Assembly: GCA_047495785.1 (NCBI GenBank)
Contig: JBLDXI010000002.1
Location: 1,798,001-1,862,000 of the forward strand
DNA: 64,000 nucleotides
Reading direction: 5' to 3'
DNA from: Lepidodermella squamata
Lineage: Eukaryota; Animalia; Gastrotricha
Made by a program: the position numbers and the translations under genes. Shown in pieces: positions 58,401-64,000 of the stretch. Within the stretch, counting starts at the first letter, position 1. Each line of letters starts with the position of its first letter. Under the pieces are notes generated by a model. It saw nothing but the letters and a program-made list of their open reading frames with translations, had not been told where the DNA came from and searched no databases.

Positions 58401-61400
58401 TTCGAAAAAATTCAATTAAATCAAGAAATAATTAAGGTGGATTTTTTTTACCATTTCCACTGGGAATTTGCGTCGCACTGTGTTTTGTTGGCGACCAAGG
58501 CGATAGGCAGACGATTGCCAGTCGCGACATCGACGCACATGTAAAATTTGCCGGCGAAAAATTGAACACCCATTATAGCGAAAATGAGCCAAATTATCAT
58601 GACAACAAGTAGGACATTGATGATTCCGGGAATTGCGGTTATCAGCGCGTTAACAACTATTTTCATCCCTTGCCATCTCGAAATCTGCGAAAGGGTATGA
58701 ATAATTAAATTAATTTTTTATTAATTTTTATACATTTTCCAATTATTTAAAAAAAATGATTAAAAAAATCTTAAAAATTACCGCTCTAAGAGGTCTGAGA
58801 GCTCTCAGTGTTCGCAAAGCTCTGAGGGCCGATAGGTTGGCACTGGTGCCCAGCTCTCCAACTATGATGTCGAGATAGCCGGTCAACACGATAACAAAAT
58901 CGAGAAGGGTCCAAAAGGATGTGAAATAAACGCGAACCCCAAGGCTGAACAGTTTCATGAACATCTCAATCGTAAAAATGCCGAGGTAAACGTAGTCCAT
59001 GTAAGACAGAACCACAGCCAAGGGAGCATCATCGGGCAGTGACGCATCTTGAAGGCACTAAATAAAACTTAAAATTAAAAAAGAAATTCTTGAAATTTTC
59101 AGACCAACCAAAGTTATCGAGCTGATGAAAATGAAAGCTAATATCGTGAATTCAAACGCTTTATGCTCGGTTATCCTCAAAGCGACGGCACGCGCTTCGA
59201 GCAGCTTAAGTCCTTTCGGCGACTCGGGCGAGTAGGATTTCATGAAATTCGGAAAATTAACCGAACAACACTGGGCGCAACAATCTTGAACTTTTGACGT
59301 GTCGATTGTTGAGCTCGGGCCAGATTTCGTAGTTTCAGGTCTCGATTTGCTTTCAGTATCGTCAAAGTCTAAACATTTAGGTTAAATTTTCCAGAAATTC
59401 AGGCTATAACTTTTTACCATCCGCTGTTTCTGTCGTATCTTGGACTGTTGTCACATCCCATTCTGATTCTCGCTCTCGGGAAGTATCTTCAGCCGGAGTT
59501 ACAGTTTCATTTTTCTTACTACATCTGACCTTCAAGGCGCGAAATTGCTTCCTCAACCAGTGGCCAATAGCGCGAAACCGGCGTTTCAGCTTCGAGTCCT
59601 CATCATCAGCTGATTTTTTCTTCAAATCATCACCGCTGAATGCGTTTAGCAATACGGCTAAAAATAGGTTGAGTACAACGTAGCTGCCGATGAATAGGGT
59701 GACCAGATAAATCGGGGTGCAGATAGCGAAACCGCCATTAGCTACAGCGCAGTCGAACATGGGCTGGTAGGTTTCGCGGCACAGCACGCGGAAGACCATC
59801 ATGAACGAGTGGAAAAAATCGTTCCAATTCCACTCGGGCACGCCGGTGAAGCCTGGAAATGGCGTGAATGTTCCAACGCCATCTGGCGGGGTAAATTTAT
59901 CGACCGTATAAGAAGTGCTGAATAGTTGCATGCCAATGACGGCGAATATGAACATGACAATAAGCAGCTGAAAAAATTAAAAAATAGAATGAATTGCTAA
60001 AACATTACTTATAGCATTTTAACAGTAAACTTTCCGATTTTTTTAATTTAAATTTCTTGATTGATGGGTGTGGCCTCGATAATATCATCTTGGGCAAAAA
60101 AAATTCAACTCACTCAAAAATTTTTATGGCGAAGGTTATGCGATTTTCGAGATCCCCTTGACCATTACTTTCCATCGATATAATTTGTGTGCTGATCATG
60201 TGATATTGATCAGGTTATCGATCGATAATCGATTTTTCTGATTTCAGCGATACATCATTATTGTTATGCGATGAACTTAAAAATCACCACAAAATTTGAC
60301 CGATCATCGCCAGAATCGAAGAAATCAATCACCGATAATCGATAATCGATAACAATCCCAATTGCTATGATTCATGACCGTTTCTAGGGATATTTTAGTG
60401 CGCTGATTCGATTGCGTGCGTCGATATTCCGCTATCAATAATGATTCACTCTATAATCCTAGGATTTTTATTGGGAAAATGAAGCGCTGTAGCCTAAAAT
60501 TTAGTTCTGGTACCTAATCGGCACATCCATTGAAAAATATTTTAAATTATTGAATTAGAAAAATCCTCCCTAAATATAACTAATTAATCAATTATTTTTT
60601 CATTACTTACCACTAGCATTAAATTTGCTATAGCTCCGATAGTTCCAAAAATAATTTCCAATAGCTGAAAAAAGTTGAATTTTCAAGAGATTTTTTTCAA
60701 AAAATTTGAAAGCTATTACAGTTCGCATAGTTTTCCAAGATTGAGCCAATTTTAGAATTCGTAGCTGAACAAAATATGTAATTTTTTGTTAACGATGGCT
60801 CAATTATTCCGCTGAAATTTACCAATCTCAGAAGACGAATAATGCTGGTATTGAAGCCAAGGGATCCGACATTGATGTTGCTAAGGACAATGTCAAGTAT
60901 GGAACCGACGACGACGAGGAGATCAAGCCAATTCCATTTGTTATCAAAATACTCCCCGCACATGGCCGTCAATTTAAGAACAGCCTCCGTAATGAAAATA
61001 TAGGTACACGCGTTGTCGACCTGGTCCAGCACGGCATCGACATCATCCGGCATCCCATCGTAGCGAGACGCCATTGAAATAGTATTGACAACAATAGAAG
61101 TTATGATCAACAGGTCGAAAAACGGGTCGGTTACAACGAGAAAAAGGCCGTGTTGAAACCTCAACCAGTTCCAATAGCCGATACAACACCGGAAACAACA
61201 CGCCGGGTTCCGGTCCCAGAACCCGACCTCGGAAATTTCGTCCTCTGAGACAATGCTAGGCGGGCGAGATTTAACGCGGTACCGCAACGCGTTTTCAAAC
61301 CCCGGCCACTGCATCGCCGCCTTAATTTCAGCGACCGAGTCCGTTCCGGCTAATGGGTTCGGGGTATTGAAGGCTGAGTAGGCATTAGGCGATGGGCCAT

Positions 61401-63761
61401 AGCTGTTTCCGCCAACCTGCGGCCGAACAACCGCAACTGGTTTGCCGTGATTCGCATTTTCCGTTGCCGGTGCGACGTTTTCTTCGTTGTCATTCAAAGT
61501 TAAGGCAGGCGCGTGAATTGCTTCAAGGTGGGCCAAGTGCCGCTCAGTCGCGCTTTTCACGCTCTGTAAGCTTCTGGTCCTAACATTAGGCCCCAATTTG
61601 ATGATTCGAAGCCGCCATGGGTCGAATACAAATCGCCTCCCATTTTTCTTCGCTGCCGCAATGATTTCGCTTGCCTGTAAATTAATTTTCAATTTTTTTG
61701 AAGACATTTTTTAATTAATTACATCGTCATCATCCTCGTCCTCTTCGTCGATTTGATAGGACATAACGACGACGGCTTGTACCAAGTTGGCCAGGTAATA
61801 ATTGAGAAAAAGCAGGGCAAAGACGAAGAACATGAAAGCGGATGGGCCATTCGCGGCATTCACTGCATGGTACAAATAATCCCAATAATCGGTGTTGAAA
61901 ATTTGCAGAGCTCTGGATTATTATTTCAAATAGCCGATTTTCGAATTTAACAATAAGAGAAACTCACACTAGGAAAGCTCCGATGAAGTCATCAAATCGA
62001 GTAAAACTCAGATTTCTAGAAATTAATTCCGATTATTAATTTTAATTAAAGTTGAATAATGGAAACTAACGGATTCGGAGATCCTTTGACCAAAAGGCAA
62101 GTGTAATTTTTAGGGCATGACCTAAAAATTAAGCATTGTTTCAAATATTTCAAATAGTTATCAAATTTAACTGAGCCATGGAATAATTTCCGCAAACATA
62201 GTACTCCCAGCCGTCGTCCTGATAACCCCAGTTGCCTGAAATTGCTCATTTTCTTGTAAAATCAAATAATTTGAAATATAGGAAAACTTTGATTTTTCAC
62301 CCAGTCTCCCCAACGAGTTCCATTCGGGCTACTATCGGGCGCCAATGTAACACCTGCGAAACTCGCATCCATGACGCATTTCGTCTGCAACATTCCAGCA
62401 AACAGTTGAACCCCGAATAGTGCCATTATTGTGAAGAAAAACAAGGTCCTGATTGAAATATAGGTAAAAAATGTAGATTTTTCCAGAAATAATTAAGCTT
62501 GCATTATTAAGACATCGCCGAGATTTCTGAACGCTCTGAGCAAGGCTTCGATAATTGTTTTCAAGCCTGGTATGATGGCGACTGATTTCAAAACTCGAAA
62601 GACGCGGAAAGTTCGCAACGCTTGTACATTGACCTTGGCGCCGGCCGTCACGTTCGTCGCGATAATTGTCGCGTACGCGGTTAGAATTACGATGAAATCG
62701 AGCCAGTTCCACGGGTCTCGCAAATACGTGTACTTGTCCAGTATCACGCCGCGGGCTATTGCTTTGATGATTGCTTCCAGGGTATAAATTGCCAAAAAAG
62801 TATACTCGGGTGTCGACTCGTCGACGTTCATCGCCATAAAAAGCTACAAAAAAATTAGATAAAAATGTTAGAAAAAGAAATCAGCTTTCAGCTTTCAATT
62901 TTCGAAAAATCAATAAAATTTTTGGATTTTTTTGGATTTTTTGGAAAATTCGTTAAATTCAACTTTTAAAAATGAATTTAATTGAACTAACCGCGTTGGC
63001 TAAAATTGTGAAGACGATCAACAAGTCGAACAACGGATGAGTATAGATATAAATCGCCAATTTTCGGATAGGATTCCAAGGCGCGAAAATGTACATAGCC
63101 CTCGAGGCTGAAAATCGAAAAATCGTCCTATCTCTACCGAGCCGCCGACTGATCAGCATGAAAGTCTGTAAAATTCGGTCATTAAATTTGGAAAAAAAAA
63201 TCTTTAAAAAAATTCTACCTCGTCGTATTCACGGTGACGAGGGTCGATATCTTCGATAGGAACGCCGAGGAGATGCTTCGGGAAGTTAGTTGCTATCGCC
63301 CTGGGTAGATTTCTGCCCTCGACCAATTTCGGGTCGTGTTCTACTTTTTCCGTGTGCTCCAGGATCAGATTACCATCAACGAGTTTCGCCTCGCCCAGCT
63401 CGTAGCGGGCCTGCGATTTTTCGTCGCGATATTTACGGTCGGCGATCCTCGCTTTCAGGGCGTTGTAGCTTTTTTCATCGAATGGCCGCGTCAGCTTAGC
63501 CAACATGCCGGCCTGGCCTGGGGTCATGTACACATTTTCTGCGTTAGGATCAGCCGTAGCTGGTGTGGCAAAGTTGAAAATGCCATCGCTTGTCAACAAA
63601 TTTGAACTTCGGCGGCTGCTGTGGTGATGCGAGGAATTGTTCCCGCCCGGGCTCGGCGCGACGACCCCGACACTCGAGGCCGATGAAAGACGTTCCACAT
63701 TTGCGTGACCGCTAACCGGAACGGTCAGCGAAGGACCGATGCGACTGTGAGGGCGGTTCAT
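55495..63761 (-). CDS. Nav2: Four-domain voltage-gated channel of the Nav2 (DSC1/BSC1, DEEA filter) class, apparently complete, many exons
   Basis: N-terminal PIEDIDP, TIFRFSA; four S4 helices ([10 protein letters not shown]; RLLRL/LRILK; [13 protein letters not shown]; [13 protein letters not shown]); pore loops [28 protein letters not shown]; III-IV linker [10 protein letters not shown]; EF-hand-like FYTVWERYD and IQ motif [10 protein letters not shown]. Confidence 0.92.
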
Positions 63762-64000
63762 CTGTCAAGCTAGGACAGAGACCAAAATTTCGCTCGCGAA
63801 AACCCTGATCAAGTCAGAAAAACTATGTTAATGCGGTTGATAAAAAAAAGTTGTATTATATGGACCATGGAAAAATTTGTCAGCCCTTTCATGCACTATA
63901 ACAACGTTTGTTTTGAGATAAATGGCTTTTCTCGTGTCATTGATGGCTACGTTTCAATCAAAGAATTATTGCGACGCCATGGGAATGCACACTCAAACGG

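Noticed and set aside
60050-60480. ATCGAT-rich intronic stretch (similar remnants near 5060-5200, 14720-14900, 18600-18770)
   Set aside because: Looks like decayed transposon sequence, but I could not define termini or TSDs.
55495-63761. Classical Nav1 (DEKA) or Cav (EEEE) channel
   Set aside because: Filter residues read D, E, E, A.

Overview
Gene-dense eukaryotic DNA from a compact-genome invertebrate, probably a bilaterian animal. Most introns are AT-rich, about 50-60 nt, GT-AG; the species cannot be named from the sequence. I assembled about 21 protein-coding genes by hand-splicing the ORF track. In order: two tandem Ala/Thr-rich GPI-type mucins; a PPxY single-pass membrane gene and its truncated paralog flanking an atypical dual-specificity phosphatase; an orphan type-I membrane protein; a galaxin-like Cys-rich secreted protein; four tandem intronless, highly atypical nicotinic-type pentameric ligand-gated channels; two tandem intron-containing PEP-synthase/rifampin-phosphotransferase-like dikinases; two genes built from one shared Cys-rich helical module; Lhx3/4; a secreted ankyrin-repeat + CBM39 (beta-1,3-glucan recognition) + mucin-stalk fusion; a divergent GT7 beta-1,4-glycosyltransferase; a doublecortin pseudokinase; NAXD; a C-type lectin; and a complete Nav2-type (DEEA) channel with an unusual domain-II pore loop. 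Several non-autonomous TIR elements and an over-represented non-coding motif (TTAAGGHGG) are also present. The best candidates for undescribed biology are (1) the intronless pLGIC array, which has lost the acetylcholine-binding box and has a conserved upstream E-box, resembling a candidate sensory receptor family, (2) the secreted ANK-CBM39 pattern-recognition fusion, and (3) the duplicated dikinases, which diverge mainly in the substrate domain. All family assignments come from motif recognition by eye; no database searches were run.
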